DNA of 50,880 nt from a virus (taxonomy: Duplodnaviria; Caudoviricetes), in IMG/VR virus record IMGVR_UViG_3300044878_000188, positions 1-50,880 of that record. The stretch is one strand, 5' to 3'. Below, piece after piece: positions 33,736 to 44,070 of this stretch (positions are counted from its first letter, which is position 1; each line of letters opens with the position of its first letter). The notes under the pieces are model-generated. The model had not been told where the DNA came from. It did no database searches and saw only the letters and a list, made by a program, of their open reading frames with translations. The translations under genes and the position numbers were made by a program.

Positions 33736-34372
33736 TGAATACCTCGGGCAAAGTTTTGTTTACAAAGGCGTGTAATCGACTGATCTGCCGCTCACGCGGC
33801 ACCAAATCCTTAACAAAACGCTTTGGATAGATCAGGTCGGCCGTGTCCGCGCTGACCACTGCAGCAGCTACCAGCGCGTCGCCATGAATATTTCGATAAA
33901 GGCGCAGCGTCAGCGTGTCGCGCTCAGCCTTCGCAGACTGCAAACGAGCCTCGAGCCGACCATCGCGCCGGGCGTCGTGTTCTTCTGTTAGCTCGCCGTC
34001 CAGAATCAACGAGTAAGGCGCACCGGGCGGCTCCTGCTCATGCCAGGCCGTAACCTTGGGGACGATATCGAGGGCCTCTAAGGCCAACGTCAGCGCCTTT
34101 TTTGTGCCTGCCAGGCGGTGTGTAGGCCAGGCAGCCGCTACGGTCGCACGCTTCTTTTGCTCACTGTCGGCGCTCGACCATTCCGGTGCGCCCCGATCGG
34201 CCGCCAAGTACGGCAGAAAATCCGCAGGCGTTTGCTGAGGGTCCATCAGCTCGGGGAATGGCGGGTCTATGCGCTCCAGGAGCCTGGCGAAACCGATATC
34301 AAGCGCCGCCTCGAGCGGTGAACGGTTAGCAGGCAGCAACGTATGTCGTACAGGCTCCAGGGATTCACTCAT
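33728..34372 (-). CDS. Baseplate protein, P2 gpI-like
   Basis: LLPAN.SPLE, FLPYLA and HRLAGT..AL motifs. Confidence 0.88.
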   Translation of the reverse strand: MSESLEPVRHTLLPANRSPLEAALDIGFARLLERIDPPFPELMDPQQTPADFLPYLAADRGAPEWSSADSEQKKRATVAAAWPTHRLAGTKKALTLALEALDIVPKVTAWHEQEPPGAPYSLILDGELTEEHDARRDGRLEARLQSAKAERDTLTLRLYRNIHGDALVAAAVVSADTADLIYPKRFVKDLVPRERQISRLHAFVNKTLPEVFNG

Positions 34373-35364
34373 AGCGTTCTGACCTCGAGCTCTACAGCCG
34401 TGCAATACGGGGCCTGTGACGCCGTCGTGGCGATCGGCGCAAGTGGCTCGAGGATCTCAAGCCGGACGGCACCAACGCTGTGCAGCGTGTAGTCGATCCA
34501 GCTCAGATCGACGCGGGCCTCGAGCCGGTGGCAATCGTCCGCATATTTGCGCAACTGAACCTCAGCCGCAGCCCCTGTCATCGCTGCGTCAGGCCCTGAA
34601 TTGATGTAAGCGACGGCGCGGATCTTGTAGTTGATGATCTGCGCGCCCTGGACGATCACCTGGTCGGTTTCCGGCCTTACATCTGGCCGCGCAAAGTGCG
34701 CGCGGGCGGCGCCGAGCAAACTCTCGGACGGCGTACCGTCACCCTCACGCGAGAGCACTGTCACCGTGACCTGACCCGGTGCCGTGCGGCGACCGTTGCC
34801 GTCCTTGACCTTGGCGGCGAAGCCGTCAGGGTCGAACGTGTACGTCACATTCACTACACCGGGCGAGACTGGATCAACCGAAACCCTCGGGCGCTCGCCA
34901 AGCGTCATCACCTCGCGCCGGTACTGCATTCGCGAGCCAGCCGCTGGGGCGTGAGGCGCCAGGTAATAGCGCAGCCTCGCGTCGGCGTCCGACTCCATAA
35001 CCGGCAACACCGGAGGGAATGCCGACGGGTCGCCTGGCGTGATTGTCTGGCGCTCTAGCCCCATGTCGCCGAGCCTGGCATCGAGGTTTGAACCATCGGC
35101 CCACCACGCAAGCATCTGCTTTATGCGGGCGTTGTATTTACGCGCCTGCGTCTGCAGGCGGAGGGTAAAAGCCTCGAGCGCCATGGTCAGCAGCTCGCTC
35201 TCGTTCTGCAGACTGACCTCGAGCTTTGCCGCGCTCTCAGGCGAGCGGGTAGCTACGTAATCGACCACGAACGTTTTGAATTCAGCCAGCAGCGCCTCGA
35301 ACTCCTCGACCTTGACGATCTCAGGCTCGGCCAGCTGGTTTTGACCGGGAATGAGCATGCTCAA
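34369..35364 (-). CDS. Baseplate protein J-like
   Basis: ESDADARLR, AGSR..Y and RP.TD.V.V motifs. Confidence 0.88.
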   Translation of the reverse strand: MSMLIPGQNQLAEPEIVKVEEFEALLAEFKTFVVDYVATRSPESAAKLEVSLQNESELLTMALEAFTLRLQTQARKYNARIKQMLAWWADGSNLDARLGDMGLERQTITPGDPSAFPPVLPVMESDADARLRYYLAPHAPAAGSRMQYRREVMTLGERPRVSVDPVSPGVVNVTYTFDPDGFAAKVKDGNGRRTAPGQVTVTVLSREGDGTPSESLLGAARAHFARPDVRPETDQVIVQGAQIINYKIRAVAYINSGPDAAMTGAAAEVQLRKYADDCHRLEARVDLSWIDYTLHSVGAVRLEILEPLAPIATTASQAPYCTAVELEVRTL

Positions 35365-35693
35365 GTGGCCACCTCAAAAAACATTTTTCGGTTATGCCAG
35401 ATGCCGGCTAGGCGCAGGCGCAGGCCTGATGCGCCGCGTGTGGCCACGACCGTTTCTGGCTTGAAGTCGTCGATTCCGTTCGCCTCGTTGTAAAAGGCCT
35501 CGACCGCGTAGCTCTGCGCCAGAATCAGCAGCCCGTCGCCCATGTTCTGGCTCTGCACCTGGTGCAATCTGCTGCCGTACAGGGGGCGTTTTTGGCGGGT
35601 TCCGAGCGGGGTTGTCAGCGCGCGCGTCGCGCGCTGCACAAATTGAGGCCAGTCGTCGACCGTGGCCCCGGTGTCTCTATCGATGCCGATCAT
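35361..35693 (-). CDS. Baseplate wedge protein (gpW/gp25-like)
   Basis: GIDRDTG and LTTPLGTR..RP.YGS motifs. Confidence 0.88.
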   Translation of the reverse strand: MIGIDRDTGATVDDWPQFVQRATRALTTPLGTRQKRPLYGSRLHQVQSQNMGDGLLILAQSYAVEAFYNEANGIDDFKPETVVATRGASGLRLRLAGIWHNRKMFFEVAT

Positions 35694-36307
35694 TGGGGAG
35701 GCCCTGAAAGCGCGCCTTGTTGCGGCTGCGTGTCTTTGTGCAAGTGGTCAAGGCCGATGTTGTGGCCGTCGTGATCGACCGTGCCGCCGATATGCTTGAA
35801 GCCTTCAGCAGTCACCTTGAAGCCGACCGCGCCGAGCATTACCTCGACGCCGTCCTGACTGGCCTTTACCGAAAGCGGCCCATTCGACCAGGCGAAGGCA
35901 TGGGCTACATGGTCATAACTGCTCTCAGTCCCGTCCGGGTACGTGCGGCGGTGCAATTCCGGCGCGGCCGACACTGCAGGGAACGCGTCAGAGTTCAAGC
36001 CACAGAGCGCGACTGATTGCGCGCTACCGTCGCCGCCGCCGTAGTTGATGAGCAAACACTGCTCGCCAACCGAGGGGATACGCGTTTCGCTGACCTCCCC
36101 GGCGCTGGGGTTCATGTACTTGATCCATGGCGTCTTTAGATCGCCGTGGCTGACCTGGCAACGGCCAGCGCCGGGATCGACGGTGGCAACGGTGCCGATT
36201 CGGTTGTGGTTCTCCGCACGGCGGCGCAGATCCTCGATCTCTGTTTCGATTTCGGCCAGCCGCTCGATCAGCGGCCCCAGCTGCTGACGGATAGCTGCCG
36301 CAAACAT
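35690..36307 (-). CDS. Baseplate spike gpV
   Basis: RIGTV, PSVGEQ, YPDG..YD and a C-terminal HxH. Confidence 0.88.
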   Translation of the reverse strand: MFAAAIRQQLGPLIERLAEIETEIEDLRRRAENHNRIGTVATVDPGAGRCQVSHGDLKTPWIKYMNPSAGEVSETRIPSVGEQCLLINYGGGDGSAQSVALCGLNSDAFPAVSAAPELHRRTYPDGTESSYDHVAHAFAWSNGPLSVKASQDGVEVMLGAVGFKVTAEGFKHIGGTVDHDGHNIGLDHLHKDTQPQQGALSGPPQ

Positions 36308-36309
36308 GA

Positions 36310-36858
36310 CTACACCTCGAGCGGTTTATGTTCCGAAGCGTCCGAGACGCCGAGGGTGTCGGGGTCGTCAGCCACGCGCCAGGCCACCGACGGCAGCGAG
36401 CCGATTACTGGATCTTCCGGCGTGCGGTCTGGACCGATGGCCAGGCCCTGCGTAAACGAACAGCCCCAAGCCTCGTACCCGTCGCGGCCCTTCTGAAAGA
36501 TCGAGGGGCAACAGTGGATATTGTCCGGCAAGTTGCATTGCCGGCCGGGAAGCTTCCAGCGGTTCGAGTCCGCCAGGCGAGCCAGGACCGTGGCCAGGTT
36601 CATCGCCTCGAGCGCTGGAAACTTGCGCCACCTGGCGACGACCGCGTGCAGCGTCACGGAAACGTTGTGAACGTGCCGGCCATCGTTCTGCTTGATACCC
36701 GGACTGGTGCGCTCGATCTCGATCAGCACCTCGGCGTCGCCGACCTCACCGCTGAATTCGTCGTAATTACTGACGACCACGCCCAAGCCCGCAGCGTGGA
36801 TCGCGTCGCCGATCGCAAAAAACAGATCGGAAACGTTATTAAGCTGGGGAGAAGACAT
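36310..36858 (-). CDS. Tail completion/terminator-like protein
   Basis: Position in the neck cluster; coupled ORF. Confidence 0.55.
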   Translation of the reverse strand: MSSPQLNNVSDLFFAIGDAIHAAGLGVVVSNYDEFSGEVGDAEVLIEIERTSPGIKQNDGRHVHNVSVTLHAVVARWRKFPALEAMNLATVLARLADSNRWKLPGRQCNLPDNIHCCPSIFQKGRDGYEAWGCSFTQGLAIGPDRTPEDPVIGSLPSVAWRVADDPDTLGVSDASEHKPLEV

Positions 36859-37363
36859 GGCGCGCCTCTTGTTCGAAAAGTTCTACAAATCGTTGCTCTG
36901 CCCGCTTTTCCCAGCGCTCGAGCGCCGTAACGCCCTCGCTGGCCCAGTCCTCGACCACCTTTTCCAGCGGCAGCCGCTCTCGCCCCTTTCGGCGCCAGAC
37001 CAATGGGTGTTTGGTTTTCATCGGCGAGATAAAAGCGTCTTCATACTCGCGATGGCCAACCGATACGCCGGTCGCGGTCTGCTTTGGCGTGCCCAGGTAA
37101 TGCACGCTGAGCGGCCGCAAGCCGACCCACAACTTGACCTCGCGAGAGGTTGCCTGGCTGAAAATGTCGAACCGATGGCGGATCGGGCTTTGCGCGATGC
37201 GCAGCTCTCGAGAGATCTCCCGGGAGCTGTGCGTGCGCAGCCACTGCGCCGTTTTTCGAAGCGCTCGAGCGGCGGCCAAGTCCAGCTTTTTGGCCGCCTG
37301 CCCGATCTCCATTTCGGCATGCCCCCAACCATCGACGGCAAAATCTAGCTGGAAACCTGCCAT
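36839..37363 (-). CDS. Minor tail protein (lambda gpZ-like)
   Basis: AARALRKTA.W..T and R.GRERLPL motifs. Confidence 0.7.
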   Translation of the reverse strand: MAGFQLDFAVDGWGHAEMEIGQAAKKLDLAAARALRKTAQWLRTHSSREISRELRIAQSPIRHRFDIFSQATSREVKLWVGLRPLSVHYLGTPKQTATGVSVGHREYEDAFISPMKTKHPLVWRRKGRERLPLEKVVEDWASEGVTALERWEKRAEQRFVELFEQEARHVFSPA

Positions 37364-37725
37364 TTCCCACGCTCTCCAGGTGCTGCAGTGCGATCGCCGA
37401 ACGGGGTCAGTGTCAGCAAGCTGCGCACGCGCCCCAGCGGCTCGACGTCGGCGATTGAATAGGTCGACCCGTCAGCGACGACTTTCGTCGTCTTCCAGGC
37501 TTCTGGCACCTCGCCGCGAGGCAACTGCAGGTGACGCTGCTTCGGCGCGGCGCGAACCTGTGAAGCACTTGGATCGACGCCGGCACGGTAAACGCCGCCC
37601 GATGTTTCCGGTTTGCCGAACATGCCGTCGACATCGCGCGGCGGTTGGCCTGGCTCGATCAGCTGCACCGTGCAGCCGAACTCGTCAGGGTCGAAAAACG
37701 ACGCGAAATCGTCGTCGCCTATCAC
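37345..37725 (-). CDS. Head-tail joining protein
   Basis: FFDPDEFG N-terminus, beta-rich; follows the capsid. Confidence 0.65.
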   Translation of the reverse strand: MIGDDDFASFFDPDEFGCTVQLIEPGQPPRDVDGMFGKPETSGGVYRAGVDPSASQVRAAPKQRHLQLPRGEVPEAWKTTKVVADGSTYSIADVEPLGRVRSLLTLTPFGDRTAAPGERGKWQVSS

Positions 37726-37994
37726 TTGCTGGCCTTCTTCGCCGGCACCTCGTCTGCTTTGGCCTGATCTTCTGCCGCTGCTGCCTGCTCTGCAGCCTCC
37801 TCGGCTTCCTCGGCGCGGAACTGCTCGAGCTCCTCGTCGGTAGCGTCGCGGGCCAGCTTCGAGCCGATCCAGTCATTACGCAGCGCGCGATCGACCGGCA
37901 CTGACGTGCCTTTTTCGACCAGGTCGCCGCCGACCCATAGGTCATCGAGCAGAACGACAACAAAGCCGCTCGGCAAATTGCTTGTAGCTGTCAT
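37722..37994 (-). CDS. Small head-associated protein
   Basis: Directly downstream of the capsid; acidic/Ala tail. Confidence 0.6.
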   Translation of the reverse strand: MTATSNLPSGFVVVLLDDLWVGGDLVEKGTSVPVDRALRNDWIGSKLARDATDEELEQFRAEEAEEAAEQAAAAEDQAKADEVPAKKASK

Positions 37995-38025
37995 GGGTGA
38001 CACCTATTCAGGGAAATACGGCAAT

Positions 38026-38049
38026 AAAAAAGGGGGCTTTCGCCCCCTC
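38026..38049 (-). terminator. Terminator after the capsid gene
   Basis: AGGGGGC-GAAA-GCCCCCT followed by a T run on the minus strand. Confidence 0.8.
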
Positions 38050-38073
38050 ACCTGCCCGCTATTTCAGGTTCGT

Positions 38074-39963
38074 TTACGCCGTTTTCTTGGCGATGCAGAA
38101 AGACTCTTTGCGACGGTTGACGACGTCGACGTCTTGGAACGCACGCAGCACCAGGCCGTCGCTCGCTGCCAACTTGGCCGCGTCGGCCTTGAGATCCAGA
38201 ACGCCCCACAGGCCGCAGATCAGTTGCGAGAAGTCGCCGAAAATCCAGGTATCCGCTGGAACCTGGTTGGTCGCTTCGGCGCGATGGCCGTTGACCTTGT
38301 CGTTTTCCCACAGGCAGCCACCGATACCCTCGAACTTCAGGGTTTGCATGGCTGCGCCGCGCTCGATGATGCCGCTCAGGTAGGCCAACGCGCCGCGATC
38401 GGCGTTGTAGGTGCCGATCTTGGTCAGCATGTCCACCAGCTTGCCGAAGGTGATGCCGGTCGACGGATAAGTCAGGCCAGGCACGCCGACATCATTCAGC
38501 AGCCCCAGCGGCGACTTATTGCCTGGACCGGCCAGCATGGCGTAGTCGATCGCGACGCCCATACCGTCGAGCAGGTCGGTGATGATCAGCGCCTCGATCG
38601 AACGCGACGCCTGCTTACGCAGCTTGCGAGTGACCGGGATCGCGCCTGCGATGGTTTTCGGCGTCATGTTCAGAGTGGTGAAGTCGAACGAGCTGTCTTG
38701 CGCGTCCTCACCCTCGCCCAGCCACACGAACGAGGAACCGCTCGTTTTCTTCGGCAGGTCGATATCGCCGTCAAGGCCGGTCAGCATTTGCATGCCGAGC
38801 TGCGCCATCACGGTTTTATTGCGCAACACGTCTGCGAACTGATCGAGCAACAGGTCGGTAGTGACCAGCTCGCCACCTTTGCCCGGCGTGCCCTTGGAAA
38901 GGCCGCGCATCAGAATGTCGTGCGGCACGTAGAAACCGCGCGCATCCTTTTTCATGGTGGTCGCGGCGGCGATGTTGATCTCGCGCTCGAGCCCGGCCTT
39001 GCTCCAGTCACCCGAGGCCGAAGCGTTGAGCGCACGAATCAAGGAATAGCGATCAGCCTCTTTATCGCTGACACCCAGGCCCCGAGCACTGACGTCATGC
39101 TGCAGGAAGCCCGGCAGATCGCGGTCGTTCTGCTTTGGCGTGGCCACCGAAGTGACAACAGGCTGCGCCGGCGCCTGGCGCTCGAGCAGAATGCCTCGGA
39201 ACTGCTCCAGGGACTGGCCGGCGGTGATGGCGGTTTGCGCCAGATCGCGCTGATTGAAACGCTCGCCCAGGGCGAGCAGATCCTCGACGCGGGTACGCTC
39301 GAGCATTACCGGATCGGTAACGTTGGCAACTGGCGGCACTTGGGTACGGGTGCCGTCGTTTTGGGTAGTTTCAGGGGGCATTGCGATACCTCGAATGTTG
39401 ATAGTGTTGGTTGTGTCGATGGAACGCCCCACCCCGACGGTCGGGTCTGCAGGCACGGAAACGAGAGAAACCTCGTAGGTTTCCCACGCAATAACGCGGT
39501 AGTGGTCGACCCCGTCCACGGTGCGTTCGAGCACCATGTCGTGAATCAAATAGCCGCAGGAAATGTTGCGGCGGACGCCGTCGACGACGTCCTGCCAGAG
39601 CGGCTCAACGGCCGGATCTCGGGAGAAGCGCACCCGAGCGCGCACCTTGCGATCGGCGTCAAGCCAGGCCTCCTCAACAACGCCGATTTGCTGCGAGCCG
39701 CGGTGCTCCATCAGCAGCGGCGCGCCCGAGCGCAAACGCGCCAGATCGACCGCATCTGCCGAGTGATCGAGCACCTCGTAGCCGAAGTAACGACGCACGG
39801 GGTACTCGCTGGAAACCGCGACCTCGACGGTGCGGTCCTCCAGGTTGATGGTCGACAGATCGACCGCGAGCGCACGCTCGAGGAGCTTTCCCTGGATCGT
39901 GCGCAGCACCGGCAACGGCGCAGGCTTACTCGTCGTCTTCGACGGGTTCGTGCTGACGGTCAT
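38074..39963 (-). CDS. Prohead protease-major capsid (HK97-fold) fusion
   Basis: Protease motifs LLMEH, ISCGY and EVSLVSVPAD; capsid motifs GGELV, WLGEG and FGDFS. Confidence 0.9.
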   Translation of the reverse strand: MTVSTNPSKTTSKPAPLPVLRTIQGKLLERALAVDLSTINLEDRTVEVAVSSEYPVRRYFGYEVLDHSADAVDLARLRSGAPLLMEHRGSQQIGVVEEAWLDADRKVRARVRFSRDPAVEPLWQDVVDGVRRNISCGYLIHDMVLERTVDGVDHYRVIAWETYEVSLVSVPADPTVGVGRSIDTTNTINIRGIAMPPETTQNDGTRTQVPPVANVTDPVMLERTRVEDLLALGERFNQRDLAQTAITAGQSLEQFRGILLERQAPAQPVVTSVATPKQNDRDLPGFLQHDVSARGLGVSDKEADRYSLIRALNASASGDWSKAGLEREINIAAATTMKKDARGFYVPHDILMRGLSKGTPGKGGELVTTDLLLDQFADVLRNKTVMAQLGMQMLTGLDGDIDLPKKTSGSSFVWLGEGEDAQDSSFDFTTLNMTPKTIAGAIPVTRKLRKQASRSIEALIITDLLDGMGVAIDYAMLAGPGNKSPLGLLNDVGVPGLTYPSTGITFGKLVDMLTKIGTYNADRGALAYLSGIIERGAAMQTLKFEGIGGCLWENDKVNGHRAEATNQVPADTWIFGDFSQLICGLWGVLDLKADAAKLAASDGLVLRAFQDVDVVNRRKESFCIAKKTA

Positions 39964-41443
39964 TGGTTTTTTCCGTGTTGGTAGATGGGTCCGGTAACAG
40001 CCCTTTTTTGCGCAGCAGCGCCTCCTCGGCCTCGATCTCGTCAAAGATTTGCTCGGGGTCGTCGCCGTTGGCTCGGATGTACTCAGATCGGGATTTGGTG
40101 CGGTTGGCGATACTCTCGCTGGCCGCTTTTGCGTCCTTGAGAGGATCGACCCAGTCCCAGCCACGGGCCTGCCAGGCCTGCTCGCTGCAGCGTTCCATAT
40201 CGCGCGGCGCGATTTTCAGAGCGCCTTTCAGCACGGCGCAGTCGAACCAGGTCGGGCCGATACGCTCGAGCAGATCGCTGATAGCCATTTCTTGCGCGGT
40301 CTTGTAGAAGTCGCGTTCATCCAGCTCGCCGGAGCGAAGCGAGGAGAAATTCACGCCCTCGAGATCGTTCGCCAGGCGGTTGTAGCTGGGGCCGAGGCCA
40401 CCGGCCGAGCTGCGCTGGTTGTCCTTCACAAACGGCGCGTAGTCGCTACCAGGCGAGGCCGTCTGGTGCTGCTTGTAGCTCAAGCCATACGGCAGCAAAC
40501 GCGCAGTGCCGGCCTCGACGGTTTCGAAAACCTCCTCGTCGGTGCCTTCGTCTGGCGGGTCCAACCACTCGGGGTTTTGCTCGAAAAAACCGGTGATCTT
40601 GGCCGACTGCTCAGCCTTCACCCGTGTAGCGCTTCGGAACTCCTCCAGGTGATGGATATCGAGCGCCGCCGCATGCGTCCAGGTGAACCCGCGCGCCTGG
40701 TGCGCTCGCCAGTTATCGAAGCTATGCACCAGGTCAGCGGCCGGGATTCGCTCGTATTTTTCCTCGGGGGTCTGGTAGACGTCGCCGGGGTGACTGCGCA
40801 GGAGCCAATAAGCGATCGGGCGCTCGTACTCGTCGAGCTCGACGCCCATTCGAATACGGTTGCCGTTGGTCAACATGGTGTTGAGGTGCAGGTCGAGGCG
40901 ATCGGCTTCGAGGATCTGCACCGCAAAGCCCCACTTGTTCGGCCAGTTGCGGTGAAGCCGCACCAAAACCTCACCGTCACGGGCCAGGGTTTCGATCCAA
41001 AGCCATAGAAAGCTGACGTAGGAGTAACGCCCGGTGACGTCAAAGCTCCCCTTTTTGGTGAACTTTCCCCATTCCTTCTCGATCAGGCGCCGCACAATGC
41101 GATCGGGCGTGCCATCTTTCAGCACCGCTTTCGACTGCAGGCGAATGCCGTAGGGGCCGATTACGTTCTGCCGCAGCAGCCTATAAAAGCGCTTGAGCAG
41201 CGAGGTATTGATCGACTGCTCGCGCGCCCGCTGGCGCAGCGTCTCGTGATCGCCGTAAATCTCCTGGTTTGCATCTGCGCCGCTCGATCTGGCCGACCAG
41301 CTGCTCGTCAGGCGTCCTTTTCCGGCCATCTTGAAGCCGCGACGACCGATAGTAGGTTCGCGACGCCCGGCGCCGGCATCGAGCGCAGGCGTGCGCTTGC
41401 CGCCCAGGCCGAACCAGGACAACGCGCGTTTGAGCGGTTTCAT
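39926..41443 (-). CDS. Portal protein, lambda family
   Basis: Same motifs as 246-1763. Confidence 0.9.
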   Translation of the reverse strand: MKPLKRALSWFGLGGKRTPALDAGAGRREPTIGRRGFKMAGKGRLTSSWSARSSGADANQEIYGDHETLRQRAREQSINTSLLKRFYRLLRQNVIGPYGIRLQSKAVLKDGTPDRIVRRLIEKEWGKFTKKGSFDVTGRYSYVSFLWLWIETLARDGEVLVRLHRNWPNKWGFAVQILEADRLDLHLNTMLTNGNRIRMGVELDEYERPIAYWLLRSHPGDVYQTPEEKYERIPAADLVHSFDNWRAHQARGFTWTHAAALDIHHLEEFRSATRVKAEQSAKITGFFEQNPEWLDPPDEGTDEEVFETVEAGTARLLPYGLSYKQHQTASPGSDYAPFVKDNQRSSAGGLGPSYNRLANDLEGVNFSSLRSGELDERDFYKTAQEMAISDLLERIGPTWFDCAVLKGALKIAPRDMERCSEQAWQARGWDWVDPLKDAKAASESIANRTKSRSEYIRANGDDPEQIFDEIEAEEALLRKKGLLPDPSTNTEKTNDRQHEPVEDDE

Positions 41444-41447
41444 AGGG

Positions 41448-41963
41448 CTATCTCAGTCGGAATTTAACGGGGCGGCCGCAGGGCCAGCGGCTTGATTTGG
41501 CCCGCTGAATCTCGCGCTGATACTTCGTTCGCAGGGTGTCCAGACGCTCGATCGGAATCCGGTCGAGGCGCATGCCGTCGATTTCGTAGCTCTGCTGATC
41601 TTTCGGGATGCGCTTCTCGAGCGCCGCCTCGATCAGGGCGAGCATTTTTTGCGCGTGGGTGCGGGCGTCGGTCGGCTCGGCCGTCTCAAGGTTGGCCGAG
41701 ACGTCCAGGGTGCCGGTGGCCACCGTCAGGCGCTGATCGCCTCGAAAGGCCAGAGCAACCCAGCGGTAAAGGCCGGGCTGCCAGTTGGCAGTAGTCTCGG
41801 CGCTGACTTCGACCTGGTAAGGGGTTGTCTGCAACGCCTCGACGACTTGGCGATCGGGACCGCTGAACACGTAGCGCAGACCCCAACCGGCAGTTGCCGG
41901 GCGATCGGGCACGTCACGCGACCAGGCAGCAGAGTCGCCGGCATGAATTTGTGTCGGTTCCAT
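41448..41963 (-). CDS. Head-tail adaptor (gpW-like C-terminus)
   Basis: Orthologue of 1768-2283. Confidence 0.65.
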   Translation of the reverse strand: MEPTQIHAGDSAAWSRDVPDRPATAGWGLRYVFSGPDRQVVEALQTTPYQVEVSAETTANWQPGLYRWVALAFRGDQRLTVATGTLDVSANLETAEPTDARTHAQKMLALIEAALEKRIPKDQQSYEIDGMRLDRIPIERLDTLRTKYQREIQRAKSSRWPCGRPVKFRLR

Positions 41964-42000
41964 AGGATTCACTCGACGCCAGCAGGTGGCGCCGAGGGCG

Positions 42001-44070
42001 CTACCTGGTCGGCTTTTTGATGATTTTGAAACGACCACCACGGGCCTTGGCTGGGGGGGCGTCGGCACGGCGCTGCCTGGTGGCAGGCTTGGCCGGGGCG
42101 GATGGCTTAGAAGGCAGTCGAGGTTGGGGCTCCGGGCTACAGACTGCGCAAGGGCAAGCCGGCAGGTGTGCATCCTCCTCATGCAGATCCTCGTCGACCT
42201 CCTCCCGCACCGGACCGGCCTTGATGGCAGGCATCAGCTCGACACGGGTCAGCGCGCCCAACTTGCGGCGCTGCAGTTTGTCGCGCAGCGCCATGATGTA
42301 TTGCATCGCCTCGCAGTCGAGGGCGTGGTTTTCGCCAACCTTGACGAAAATCCCCTCGGCCTCGCGCCACTCCTCGCCGACGATCTCTTTGCAGTAGCCC
42401 TCGGATACTTGCTGATGCAGCAGCCACCAGCCCGTGCGGGTGTCTTCGCGATTGAAGCGCCCGTGTACCCAGCGTTTCGCAAATGGGGAGTCGAACGCCC
42501 AGCGGGCGTCGCCACGCTTGCGCGTCTTACCCTTCTTGTCGACCTCGACGATCTCCTTTCGAAAAGGCTTATCGAGCTTGTCGCGACCACGCAGGGCAAT
42601 CACCCGGTTTTTGTTGCCGTCATTGATAAAGCGATAGACCTGGTCATCGCGATAACCAATGTCGATGCCGGTCATGCTGATTGAATGGCCGTCGTACTCA
42701 GTGTCGATTAGATCGCTGAGCTGATCCCATACGCCGTCCTGATCCGTTTCGCCCCATAGCTCGCCATGCTCCAGGAGCATTGAGCCCATACCGGCGAACC
42801 AGGCCCGGACCACGTAGACAAGGCGCCGTTTCTGGACGTCAACCGTGCAGTAGATTTTCAGTGGCTCGAGCAGCAGCTCGCCCGCCTTGTATCCCCAGCA
42901 CATAGACCTGACCTGCTCCCAGGTCGGCACGTCGCCGGCCTGCGCGTAGCACTCGCCAAAACCCGTGTTATGGACCGCCAACAGGTCGGCCGGGTCGCCT
43001 GACAGCTGAGCAGCCAATAGATCCTTGGCCAGCGCGCCGTAGGTTTTTTTCGAGGAGAACGAGCACAAGCCCGACGCCGCGAAAGAGAAGTGAGTCGAGC
43101 CGGCCGTATCCGCGACGCCTGTTACCTCGCCGTCGCGACTGATCGACTGACCAGGCGCAACCGCGCGGCCGCGCTCGTTCATCCAGGGGCGCCACTTGCT
43201 TTCGATCTGGCAGCCACTGGCGCCACAGGTCAGCCGTGCGCCGCGCTGAGCTTCGTCAGGAGTACATTCGTTCTCCGACCCCTTGCCTGGCCACCAGAGC
43301 AGCCCCGACCAGGGAATAAAATACTCGCCACACTCAGGGCACGGGACCGACCATTCGTGGCGTGTGCCCGATTGCCAAAGCTTCCAGACCGCAGAGCCGA
43401 GCGTCTTTACTGACGCGACGTCCCAATGCTCGAGGCCCGACTTTTCGTGCCGGCGCTTGCTAACCCGGCCATGCGTTGGCGTGGCCGTGTAGCCAATTTT
43501 CGACCCGTCGTAGGCGTCGCCGCGACGCTCGACCAGGCTCACCGTCGAGCCCTCGCCCGTGTTAACGATCCGATCGACCTCGTCGACCATGATCAGGCCT
43601 GCAGAGTCAGCCGACAGACCCGAAGGCGAGCCAGCCCAAACGAAACGCAGCTTTGTGCCGGCGATCCATTTCACGAACGTAGTCGATTTCCGAACGTCCA
43701 GTTTTTTGGTCAGAGACTCGCATTCGGCGATCATGTCGTCGAACTTCGGCACCACAGCATCTTTCAGCAGCGGCGCCGTCGGCGCGATGTACATGATCGG
43801 CGTCGGATCTTCGTCCATCCGGTGGCCAATGATGTTTTCCATCGTGACCGACTTGCCCATCTGAGTGGCCGTGATGAACGTCACCCGGTCAAAACAAGGC
43901 TGAGCAAAGGCCCACGAGACGGGGCGCATATACGGATTTACGTCAGGATTGAACGGGCCGGGCCGGGGCGAGCTGGGGGGCATGATCCGCTTGTCGCGAG
44001 CCCATTCGTCAGCTGTCCTCGGCGGCGGCGCCTGCACCAGGTTCGAGACGTAATGAATCGAGGCGATCAA
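42001..44070 (-). CDS. terL: Terminase large subunit, GpA family
   Basis: Orthologue of 2321-4360; start uncertain. Confidence 0.92.
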   Translation of the reverse strand: MIASIHYVSNLVQAPPPRTADEWARDKRIMPPSSPRPGPFNPDVNPYMRPVSWAFAQPCFDRVTFITATQMGKSVTMENIIGHRMDEDPTPIMYIAPTAPLLKDAVVPKFDDMIAECESLTKKLDVRKSTTFVKWIAGTKLRFVWAGSPSGLSADSAGLIMVDEVDRIVNTGEGSTVSLVERRGDAYDGSKIGYTATPTHGRVSKRRHEKSGLEHWDVASVKTLGSAVWKLWQSGTRHEWSVPCPECGEYFIPWSGLLWWPGKGSENECTPDEAQRGARLTCGASGCQIESKWRPWMNERGRAVAPGQSISRDGEVTGVADTAGSTHFSFAASGLCSFSSKKTYGALAKDLLAAQLSGDPADLLAVHNTGFGECYAQAGDVPTWEQVRSMCWGYKAGELLLEPLKIYCTVDVQKRRLVYVVRAWFAGMGSMLLEHGELWGETDQDGVWDQLSDLIDTEYDGHSISMTGIDIGYRDDQVYRFINDGNKNRVIALRGRDKLDKPFRKEIVEVDKKGKTRKRGDARWAFDSPFAKRWVHGRFNREDTRTGWWLLHQQVSEGYCKEIVGEEWREAEGIFVKVGENHALDCEAMQYIMALRDKLQRRKLGALTRVELMPAIKAGPVREEVDEDLHEEDAHLPACPCAVCSPEPQPRLPSKPSAPAKPATRQRRADAPPAKARGGRFKIIKKPTR

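Noticed and set aside
37906-39984. 692-aa plus-strand ORF
   Set aside because: Antisense shadow of the capsid gene in GC-rich DNA; no motifs
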